A stretch of DNA of 64,000 nt from contig OZ237753.1 in NCBI GenBank assembly GCA_965178125.1, positions 558,001 through 622,000 of the forward strand, given 5' to 3'. This document shows, one piece after another, positions 54,571 to 64,000 of this stretch. A program made the position numbers and the translations under genes. The notes under the pieces were generated by a model, which worked only from the letters and a program-made list of their open reading frames with translations, was not told where the DNA came from and made no database searches. Every line of letters begins with the position of its first letter. The stretch's first letter is position 1. Source of the stretch: Bilabrum cf. latius (lineage: Eukaryota).

Positions 54571-55088
54571 TCACTTCAAATTCAAGAGCTTGAGCGCCAT
54601 CTGCTTCTGTCCACCCCGCAGCTCTCTATCAGGCCCCATTGAGTTCACCAGCTTGCGGCCCTTGTGATACATGTTATGTCTTCTGTTCTGAGCAGCATGA
54701 ATCACGCGGCCCTTCGCTGTGACTGTATACCGCTTGGCAGCAGATCTGTTTGTCTTTCCTGACTGCGAATGAAACACGGTCGTGAGCTATTGCGTAGAAA
54801 TAAGTAGTGGCCGACAGGAACCCTTCGCAGTCTACCTGGCACAGTGCTTCTTACCTTGACGCCCCTGGTAATCCCTTTGATCACAGGTCTAACTCTTCGA
54901 AGGGTTCGGAGAATATCAACCCGCTTTCTTGGGAAATACTCCCTGCGAGAAGAGGAGGGACGCAAGGATGACAAGAGTGTTCCCAAAATGGGCGCCTACA
55001 GGTACACTTGACGGACATCAACCGGCAAGGCTCACGATACACCCTACAATACCCGCATGGTGGGATGGATTATTTTCGATGCCATCAT
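54571..55088 (-). CDS. MRPL35: Nuclear-encoded mitochondrial ribosomal protein bL35; 3 exons (55088-55036, 54942-54855, 54762-54571)
   Basis: KTNRSAAKRYTVTAKGRV...RRHNMYHKGRK matches the bL35 signature. Two phase-compatible introns: GTGAG...TCGCAG (93 nt) and GTAAG...TCGCAG (92 nt). The basic N-terminal extension resembles a targeting peptide and contains one TAG. Stop is TGA. Exon 1 is the least certain part. Confidence 0.8.
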
Positions 55089-56123
55089 GAAGAGCAGATG
55101 AAAGGATACAAGCGTGCTTTTGTGACAAATCGGATCAGTTGCAAATAATAACGCTACAATCCGGTTTTGCGAGGCCACGCAAGAGAGTACCAAGTGAGAC
55201 GATTCTCGTCGGCAATGAGCAAATATGACTTAATGGCAAGCAATGCAAGTGCGGTCGCTTGGTATGCGCCAACGAATGATCCACAGGAAAGCGTTTCGAA
55301 CGCATACATACAGCCCACCAGATCTAGCGACTGTACTCTCCTCTCTCCGACCAGAAGACACAGCCATTGAAATGACAACGTACTTGTCGCGCGACCCGTG
55401 CGGCTTGGCTGCGCGACGCTGGAATGATCCTACCATACACCCTGCCTCAGGCTGGCTAGCAGGAATCCAGCGGACTCCCCCGCACCCGAGTCTGCCCCGC
55501 AATTGCCCCTCACGAGTTGCCTAACCCCAAGTCACAGCAGTCGTTTCGTTCCTGGTGGGGCAGAGGGGGCTCGCACCAACGGTAAAGGAGACTGAACATC
55601 TCGATCGAGTTCGCAGGTTGGAAAAATGCGAATCTTGCGGGTCCTCGTAAGCTACGTACCACTGGCATGGCGATCCGCTGCCAGTGACTGATCGTTTAGC
55701 CGGCTGCATCAGAAGGCCTGATGATCACATGCGGCACTGATCAGAGTACATGGGCACTGCTCACCTGATAGGAGTTTGTGCATGGCAGACCTACTATGTT
55801 TCTGTATGCGGACTATTCATTTTGCATTTCCGGTGGCTGGAGTCAGCACTCGTCATCATGATGTGCTGGGTTGGCAACGGCACCGTGACGAGACCCAATG
55901 AAGGTGTACTGCGATTGGTAGCACCTTCCTTCGCAACATGTTTGTCTTTATGCAAGTGAATTTTGTAGTAGCATCAATTCAGGGGACACGTTCTGTCACC
56001 GGCACAGGTTGGTTGTACGGCGATCAAGCACTGGCTGAGCACCACCCTTTCAAAAGACGCGCGTGTTTAGCATGACCTGCACGCCACGACCTGCACGCCA
56101 AAGGCGGTGCGATCGAGCCGCTC

Positions 56124-56560
56124 TCATTCATCCCTGCGCACCATGTATGCAGCGCCCACCGCGGCTGCAATCGCCGCTACCACGGATGTCGTGGCTGCAG
56201 CGAGGGCCCCCGCCGGGCAATTACCCACGCGGGTCGCCTTGATCCCGCCGAACATGATGGTGCCGTCTTTGGTGGGGCACAGGGGACTCGTGCCAGAGAT
56301 GAAGTTGGACTGCACGTACCAGTCGGTGACGTTCATCGTGGTGTTCTGTACCTTGGCGACCCCGACGCACATGCGGTCCCCCACGGTGCCGCAGTAGACC
56401 GAGTTGCCAGTGCACGTGATAGGAGCCTGGTATGTGACGAAGGTGGGGTTGGTGCTCCGGTCGGGATCGGCAGTAGCCGTGGCGGTCGCCTTGAGAGTGC
56501 CCAGCCGGAGGTTGTTCTGAACGTTTGTCACCTCAATGCGCATCTTTTCGGGACAGGTGC
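56124..56560 (-). CDS. Last exon of a small Cys-containing surface protein with a hydrophobic C-terminus (TM or GPI signal)
   Basis: GC3-rich ORF ending ...AAATTSVVAAIAAAVGAAYMVRRDE then TGA. A polypyrimidine/TTCGCAG acceptor just upstream implies earlier exons, which I could not resolve. Confidence 0.6.
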
Positions 56561-57281
56561 TGCGAAACGCAAATGAACAAGAAGGAAGCTGTGCACTTGT
56601 TGGTTGTTATCTATGATGCAGCTTCGGCGAGCACTGCCTGCCAGCGGGCAACATGCGACAGCGGCCTCCGCTGTCTGGTCGCACGTTGTGGCCCCGAAAA
56701 CAAGTGACCAATCCATGCAAAGTCCGGCATCCAGACACTATTGGTGCCCATGGCGTGTATTATTTTTATGACGCGCGTGCACTTACTCGACTGTGTACTC
56801 AGTTTCGCCGCTTCCGGACCCGATAGTGTAGCGGTAGCGCCACGCGAACGATTGCGCCGATCCGGAAGATGCGAGGAGAGCTGCGATTGCACCTGCGAAA
56901 GAATGGCATATTCATTTCACGTGTTTGTGAAGCTTGCACATAGAATGGCGAGGTTAACACACGTGGACACAGCCTTTGGCAGCCGACGCGAACTGCCCGA
57001 TTATTGAATACAAACCGGCGGTGAGCACTGGCAGGCACCGCACTAGCGCGGCAATTCAACTTGAAGCAGCTACTTACTGAGACCCAACACGAACATGCTT
57101 CTATTTCTTGGCGATTTGATGTGGGTTACACGGCTGCACGGTGGCACGGTCTACCCCGCAAGAGCCATCCCTCGCATGTTTGGGGTCATGCAATTTCGTC
57201 CCCAAATTTCCCCTGGTGCGATTGGAGTCACGGCGGGGACCACCTGGGATCACGGCGAGCCACAAACAGTCTTCCTGTGCC

Positions 57282-59471
57282 ATGCCAAGGAGAAGAGGGA
57301 GAGGTAAACGAGGCAGCAAGAAAAATAGTAAAGGTGTTGCTTCGGGTGGAGCAGCGGTGGCCGCAAAGCCAGCAGAGACAGACAGCGTGCAGCCCGACCC
57401 TGCACACGCGATCGAACAATCGAGGACCGCCACAGATAGCCTGAAGGACACACCTCGAGCTGCATTGATGCCAACACCAGAATCTTCCCCATCATCGCTG
57501 GGTATTAATGCCGGAGCTGCTCCTGGCAGTGCTTCAACTGGTTCGTAGCAGCCTGAGTTGCCGTTAGGATCTCACAGCAACGGAGGCCAAGTTGCGGGAC
57601 ACGGCCAGCGCGACCGCAGTGATGTTGCCACGAATTCTATGCGCACTAAGACTGCCGTAGTGCGGCACCGCCGCCCAGCTGCGGCGTCTCCTGCAACTGG
57701 GTATGAGCCAAGCGAGGAGAGCGGCATGGATACTCCAGCAGATGTGGGAGACCGAAGGCGCGCACAGGGTGATTCGAGCGGGCCAGCCGGAAGCCATCGT
57801 GCCGGTTTTACCAACGCAGCAAACGGCCCTAGCATTGATATTCTGCGACCAGCCAGCGCCCGGTTTCCTGGCATTTGGGGCAAGCGTGCGGCTGTGACCG
57901 GCGCTGCCACCATCAAGGAAGACGTAGACGCCGAGCAGCCGCCGCCGGAATACAAATTATCCGCCGCGACGCAGCCTGAGTCGTCTGCAGGAGGCCAGCA
58001 TGCTCGCTCTGGGCACCCGTAGCTCGGATCGAGGAGTGCTTCCCCGAGGCAGTCGTCACAGCAGCCGAGCAGCCGAGCAGGCGCTCGTGCAGGAGCAGGA
58101 GCAGGATCCTAGGACCCCTCGGGGGCAGAGCAGGCAGGCATACCCACAGGGGTCGCCGCCTCCGCGCCCGTCCCCGCTGTTGACGCGGGAGAGACGACAG
58201 CGGATGACGGGGCGTATGCTGACGACGAGGGCAAGGGCAGGCAGGGGCAGAGGCAGTCCCGCACCGGAAACGATCGGAGCGGCGGCTCCGCTAAGGCGAG
58301 GCACAAGCACCACCACCGGGGGAATGAGGCCGCCCTCCAGCAAGCCCTGCAGTCGCAGCAGTCCAAGATGCAGAGGACCAGCAGCACAGGTACCGCGGTT
58401 GCAACCACCTCCGAGGACGAGGAGGCGGGCAGTAGCGGTAGCGGCGGCGGGCGCACAACAGGGGCAGGGGTGGGGGCTGGTCCTGCCGTCGCACCTGCGA
58501 GCCGACGGAGCCCCGACCTCACCGAGGACCTGAATTCACCCGCGTCTGTCCGACCGTCACCGCCGGCCAGCAGGACCGGCAGGGGTAGCACGAGGCAAAC
58601 AAGTTCTCCCACGAAACGACCGATCACCCTGCAGCTGTCCCCCACGGCGCGCCTGCCGCCGCTCTCGCCCACACAGTCGCCATCGGCCGCAGCCGCCGCC
58701 GCTGCGGCCGCCGCTGCCTCGGGTGGCGGCAACGGCCAGGATGCCTCGAACTCTTGGTTCTATGACGCGGAGGAGAGCGCGGACCAGGTGCTAGGCCGCG
58801 CAGGGGGCGAGCGCGTAGCATCGAGGGAGGCGAGGGAGAGGGAACACAGGGAAGCACTTGCTAGGGCAGAGGGCGAACGAGCACGTGCCGCGGGGGAGGC
58901 GTCGGAAGCCGAGGAGGTGGAGGACGAGGACGAGGACGAGGATGCGGGGTAGGACGGCAGCGGTGGCGGTGGTGCTGGGGGAGGGGAGGAGGAGGACGAG
59001 GACGACGACGAGGATGCGGGGTAGGACGGCAGCGGGGGCGGTGGTGCTGGGGGAGGGGAGGAGGAGGACGAGTACGAGGGGGATAGCTTCGACGACGACG
59101 ATGATGACGATGACGAGCAAGGGGGGCAGCTGCAGCCGCAGCAGGGTGCCAACGCGAGTGCCATCCGGGCGGCGATCCGGGACGGCGGAGGCCCGGTGCC
59201 TCGCATGCAGGCGGCCCCTGCCCTCCCTCGCGCGCTCGAGCCACACCACGTGCAGCGGATCCGATTTGGGCTGGGCCTGCAGCTGTGCCACCGGCTGAGG
59301 CGCTCCGGGGAGCTATCGGATGCGGAAGCCAGGCGGCTGAAGAGGATGGTGCTGTCTAGGCACAGGTTCGTGTGGGCGGCTCTGGAGGCCTTTGAGAAAT
59401 CGAGGGACGTGGAGGACACGGTCGACACGATGAAGCAGGTGCTGGCTCTGGAGGTCGTGTCTTCTGGCTAA
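57282..59471 (+). CDS. Gene G: ~729-aa low-complexity protein with basic N-terminus, acidic tract and small C-terminal helical domain, TAG read as Gln
   Basis: Pieces 57141, 57558, 58368 and 59196 share one frame, joined by 5 TAGs, ending at TAA 59469-71. ATG 57282 gives MPRRRGRGKRGSKKNSKG (NLS-like). C-terminus: LSDAEARRLKRMVLSRHRFVWAALEAFEKSRDVEDTVDTMKQVL. Confidence 0.7.
58911..59066 (+). repeat. 72-bp coding tandem duplication in gene G (acidic/Gly-rich unit)
   Basis: gaggatgcggggtaggacggcagcgg.ggcggtggtgctgggggaggggaggaggaggacgag occurs twice; in-frame TAGs at 58950 and 59022. Confidence 0.9.
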
Positions 59472-59634
59472 GCACTGGACTGGACTGGTCGCGCGTGTAA
59501 CGACAGACACGGCCTTGGTACAATCGGCGCATGGCTTGGCGGAACCGGAACACGCAGCCGCACTTGCCGCACAAACACATGGCCATGTATGGAGCATCAC
59601 AAGCAACTTCCTAAATTAAACTTCAACGTAGTCA

Positions 59635-61707
59635 ATGAAGGGAATGCCTATTTATGACACTGTCATTGCTGCAGCGCTATTGTTGCCGGTGCTCTCTGCA
59701 GCGGATCTTGTCATTCGCGTGCACCAGCGGACCAACCAAGGCTGCGCGTACAAATCGCTTATGAGCCAGGTACTGGAGGGTGCGAAACCGATCCATACGT
59801 GCAATCTCTGGGATGCGACCGACTGGCTCCTGCGATCCGGCGAAGCAGCATCTCTGCTGCAGCTCGGGCGCCTCGAGAGAACGGAACGCGTCATCGTGCA
59901 ACTCAACCAGGGTCGGCATTTTCTGGACGGAAAGCCTTGGACAATTCAAACCGACCGGAGCGCACTTCGAGCAGGCGGGTGGCAAGGCAGTCTTCACGTA
60001 CAGGGCCACGCCGAAGCGCCAGAGTCGGCCAGGAACTGGGATCCGGCGAGCGATGGGTACTACTTCGCTGCCAGCGGTGCCCGCGTCGTCGCACCCCCTG
60101 CGAATGGAAGCACTGTATCTGCAGGCCTACCTGTCACAAGTTGGTCTCCCGAGCCGAGCTATCCCGGCATCTGGAGCGCTCCACTCCCGGCCCCGCTTGC
60201 GTTCGCTCGGCAGCTCTATGTGAACGGCCGGAGGGCCCAGCGGGTGTCCCGCAACGCAAGCTGGGCCTTTGGCGACATGACATTTCGTGGATGGAACGAA
60301 GGCTACTATTCTCCGAACGCCTCGCTCGTCGCGCTCGCGAATTAGGGAGACATCGAGCTGACGATCACCAAGAAGGAGGCGTGGTACGTGGCTCGCTGCG
60401 TGGTCGCCAACATCACTCGGGATGGCGACTCAGGAGGGTCCAACATCAACATGCGGCTGCCCTGCTTCCGCGGTGCCATCCAGAGGACAAACCCGGTGAA
60501 CAATGCCTCGCACACGATCGAGAACGTGAGGGAGTGGCTGCTGCCTCCGTCCTCCCCCTCACGAGACGACAGCGGCCCGGAGGCGCCCGAGGGCAGCTTT
60601 TACGTGGACAGGTCGGAAGGGAAGGTGTACTACAAGGCGAGGGCCATCGACGGAGACATGACCCGCGCCGAGGCATTTGTTCCCTAGATGGAGCACGCCC
60701 TCGTCATCGACGCATCCAGCGACGTGGTGATCAGCTCGGTCGCGTTCGAGCACGCCGCGTGGGACCAGGTCAACTCGGATGGGAACGGGTACGTGCCGGT
60801 GCAGGCGGGGTTCTACCCGTTCTGGAGCCACCAGAGCCCCATCAAGTCCATGGTGCACATCAACGCGTCAACGAACGTTCGCCTGGAGAACTGCACGGTG
60901 AGGCACGGGGGAGGGTCGGGCGTGTGGGTGGCCGGGGGCTCGCACGACGTGGCGATCGAGGGCACCGCCGTGGCAGACATGAGCGGCGGCGGGATCTACC
61001 TGGGCGACGTGCACGTGTGGGAGCCAGACACGCCCGTCGAGCAGCAGGACCGGGGCCTGCAGGTGCATCGCACTGCGGTGGCGCAGGTGGGCGTGGAGTA
61101 CTGGGGCGGCGTCGGCATCTTCGGGGGGTACTTGGCCGACTCTGTTCTCTCGAGCAGCACCGTGACGAATGCGTCGTATTCCGCGGTCAGCCTGGGCTGG
61201 GGGTGGTCGGGCCACGCCTCCACCGGCACGTGGGCAAGGAACAACACGGTGACCCGCTGCCACCTCGATCGATACCTGGGCACCACCGTGGACGGCGGGG
61301 GGGTGTACCACCTGGGCCCCACCCCGGGGACATCGATCACCAGGAACCTGTTCACGAGGCAGATGCAGACAGGGGACGGGCACGGCGGTGCCCTGTATCT
61401 GGACGACGGCTCCGCGTGGACGACGTGGACGAGCAACGTGGTGGCCAACCTGACCCAGCCCCAGGGCTCCAGGTGGCTGTTTGCCTGGACGGACCGGGAC
61501 ATCGGTGACGTTGCCGCGGGCAACTGGGTGGACAATCCCGTGTACGGAGTGCTCTGGAGAGTCTCCAACGGCACGCTGGCCAACAACACGGTGGTGGACA
61601 CGGGCAAGGGGGAACAGTGGCCGGCGGAGGCCATGGAGGTCATCCAGGAAGCGGGGGCACCGGCCGAGGTGCTGGCGCGAGCGCACGCCAGCGTGTTTGG
61701 GTTCTGA
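59635..61707 (+). CDS. Secreted right-handed parallel beta-helix protein, GH141-like glycoside hydrolase (~690 aa), TAG read as Gln
   Basis: Pieces 59635, 60388 and 60688 are in one frame, joined by TAGs 60343 and 60685, ending at TGA 61705-07. Signal peptide. Motifs RQLYVNGRRAQR, IENVREWL...GSFYVDRSEGKVYY, SYSAVSLGWGW, DGGGVYHLG and ALYLDDGS. Confidence 0.75.
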
Positions 61708-62055
61708 AATTCGAAAGGAAGCGGTTTAGGCAATTGAGGTGTGTTGCAATGACACGAGTTTCTGACTCAGCAGGATGCCTCACCTAGACTCAATGCATTA
61801 CTGCGCCTCGGTCGAGGGCGCCCCGTTGTCGTGAAGCAGTCGCCAGTGGTGTGCGACCGCGAAGATGGTGGACTATGTCGCATCCAAACCGTTGACACTC
61901 ATCTCGATAAGTATTGTGTTCTAGTTGAGATTACGTGTTTGCCTGCGCGTGACAAATGATGCGTGCACTTGCGAATACCAGATAAATTTACGCGTGATAG
62001 GTCGCCAAGATGGCCGCCACAAAAGCCACTCGTGCCAAACAGAATTACGGACCAA

Positions 62056-63610
62056 ATGGCAGCCGTGTTCGTGCCACTGCTTGACAATGAAACTCGTGCC
62101 CCGGATGCCATTGCAGGCAAGACTGTCTCGTCTGTGGGCGGTACCAAAGGCTCTGGAGCGCCTCTTGTGCTCGTGACGGGCGCGACGGGCTTTCTCGGTA
62201 GCTGGATCGTGCAAACGCTGCTGCATTCGGGATACTGTGTTCGAGGCACGGCCCGTTCGCTAAAAGATGAGAAGGTTGGATTTCTACGCGCACTTCCCTT
62301 TGCGTCGGAACGGCTGGAACTCGTGACCGCAGATCTGCTTGACGGCGCATCTGTCTGGGACCTGATCGTTCGCGGCGCGGACTTCGTTCTTCACGTCGCC
62401 AGCCCATTCTTCCTCGGCGATGACGAAGACAAGTGAGCAAATGCTTTGAATTCTGAAGCAATCTACGAGTTTGTGGAGCCGAGGGACATCGTACCAGGCA
62501 AAAAGCACGACACTTGCACTTGCTCGAGAATCGACGTTGTGCCGGTCGTAACCAACAAAATGAATTCTCCGCGAGGTTGCGACCGCGGGAGTATCGCCGA
62601 GATCCCGCACCGGTTTCAGCTTCTTTCCATTGGCGTGCACGCGTGCAAAAAAAAATCAAACGCAAACGAAACGCTAACTTGTAGCTAGTATCTGCCCTTC
62701 TCGCAGGTTGATCAAGCCAGCAGTGAACGGCACGAGGTCCGTGCTGCTCGCCGCCAGGAAGGCACGCTCGGTCAAGCGGGTGGTGCTGACTGCGTCCACG
62801 GCAACGGTCATGTACGGGCACGGCGACCTCAACGCCAAGCGGTGGGGCCCGGGAGACTTCTCTGACCCCGACGGTCCGGACATCGACGTGTACGCGAAAT
62901 CCAAAACGCTGGCCGAGCGAGAGGCCTGGGCCATTGCTCGGGGGGACCAAGGCGAGCACGCCGCGCTGGGCGGGCCTGCCCCCTACACACTCACGACCAT
63001 GCACCCCGGCTTCATCACGGGCCCCGTCCTCGCCAAGCAGGGCACGTTCCAGTCCATGCAGGTGATGCAGCGCATCATGAGCGGCGCGTCGCTGATCCAC
63101 GCGGGCTTCAACTCGATCGATGTGCGGGACGCGGCACTGGCTCACGTGCTCGCTCTTACGGCACCAAAGGCGCCGGGAAAGCGCCTGATCCTCTCCCACA
63201 GCGCCGTGCCCATCGCCGCCATCCAGGACAGGCTGTCTAGGCGATTCAACCCGTTCGGATTCAACGTGTCCACGAGCCAGATCTCCACCTGGGTGCTCGT
63301 GCTCGCCTCGTGCGTCTCGAGGGAGGCGGCTCGGGCGGCGGCCAGGGCAGGTAAGTACCCGCAGCTGGACGCGAGCGAGACCCTGGATATTCTCGGCATG
63401 CGGTTCAGCGACCAGTTGAGCTCCTACGAGGACATGGCCCTGGCTGCCATCGCGCACGGGTACATCGACGATCCGTCCGAGGGCGGGGCGCTGTCCGGGC
63501 CGGTGGCTGGGCTGGCCGTGCCGTTCGTGCCTCCGTTGGCGCGCGGGCGGCTGCCGACAGAGGCTGCGGCGGGCGGGGCTGCGTCTCAATCCGCGGCGCA
63601 CTCCATTTGA
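62056..63610 (+). CDS. NAD(P)-dependent extended SDR (aldehyde reductase / dihydroflavonol-reductase-like); exons 62056-62432 and 62707-63610
   Basis: VLVTGATGFLGSWIV Rossmann motif, HVASP and YAKSK catalytic YxxxK. Intron 62433-62706 (GTGAG...GCTAAC...TCGCAG) splices to give DDEDK-LIKPAVNGT. Stop is TGA. Confidence 0.92.
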
Positions 63611-63695
63611 TCCCAGGTGGCTGTGGATCTATCGCGGGCCAAGTCTCGTACGGCTCCGCCTTGCTTGCGTCCATACAATGATGCAGCCCAATACA

Positions 63696-64000
63696 TCCCC
63701 AGCTACTAGCTTGCAGGTGCCTCACGTGTCCCCAGTCGCATCTACTAGCTTGCAGATGCCTCACGTGTCCCCAGTCGCATCTACTAGCTTGCAGGTGCCT
63801 CACGTGTCCCCAGTCGCATCTACTAGCTTGCAGGTGCCTCACGTATCCCCAGTCGCATCTACTAGCTTGCAGATGCCTCACGTGTCTCCAGTCGCATCTA
63901 CTAGCTTGCAGATGCCTCACGTGTCCCCAGTCGCATCTACTAGCTTGCAGGTGCCTCACGTATCCCCAGTCGCATCTACTAGCTTGCAGATGCCTCACGT
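63696..64000. repeat. 39-bp minisatellite, at least 7 copies, running off the window end
   Basis: Unit tccccagtcgcatctactagcttgca[g/a]gtgcctcacgt[g/a]-type, head to tail with no spacers. Confidence 0.95.

Noticed and set aside
55100-56120. Short ORFs and a 14-bp direct repeat near 56073-56100
   Set aside because: No convincing product or codon bias even with TAG read through. A small spliced gene cannot be excluded.
3-61707. Pyrrolysine insertion or programmed leaky readthrough at TAG
   Set aside because: About 30 TAGs per gene with no common downstream context, in a eukaryote. Leaky readthrough could not yield full-length protein.
59799-63601. Long alternative ORFs 59799..61508 (+, 569 aa) and 62045..63601 (-, 518 aa)
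   Set aside because: Arg/Gly/Pro-rich shadows of GC3-rich real genes, with no recognisable motifs.
63696-64000. CRISPR array
   Set aside because: Units are contiguous with no unique spacers, no cas genes are present, and the context is eukaryotic.

Overview
GC-rich (about 60%) eukaryotic nuclear DNA, probably from a protist. A Cafeteria-like heterotrophic stramenopile is my inference from gene style only. The ORF track looks fragmented because this genome reads TAG as a sense codon, almost certainly Gln, while TAA and TGA remain stops. Read that way, the window resolves into about ten genes, and none ends in TAG. Three are giant intronless polycystin-1-like surface receptors. Genes B and C (about 5,860 aa each) run signal peptide, tandem FG-GAP beta-propellers with Pro/Ser/Thr linkers, REJ, GPS, then a multi-TM region. 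Gene A is 5'-truncated by the window and forms a 14.4-kb tail-to-tail inverted duplication with gene B. The window also holds a probable 5'-truncated non-LTR retroelement remnant that uses the same code, a ~3,030-aa IQ-motif protein with a Cys-to-Ser pseudophosphatase domain, a spliced mitochondrial bL35 gene, a small membrane-anchored protein, a low-complexity protein, a secreted GH141-like beta-helix enzyme, a spliced SDR reductase and a 39-bp minisatellite. All domain calls come from reading motifs by eye; no searches were run.
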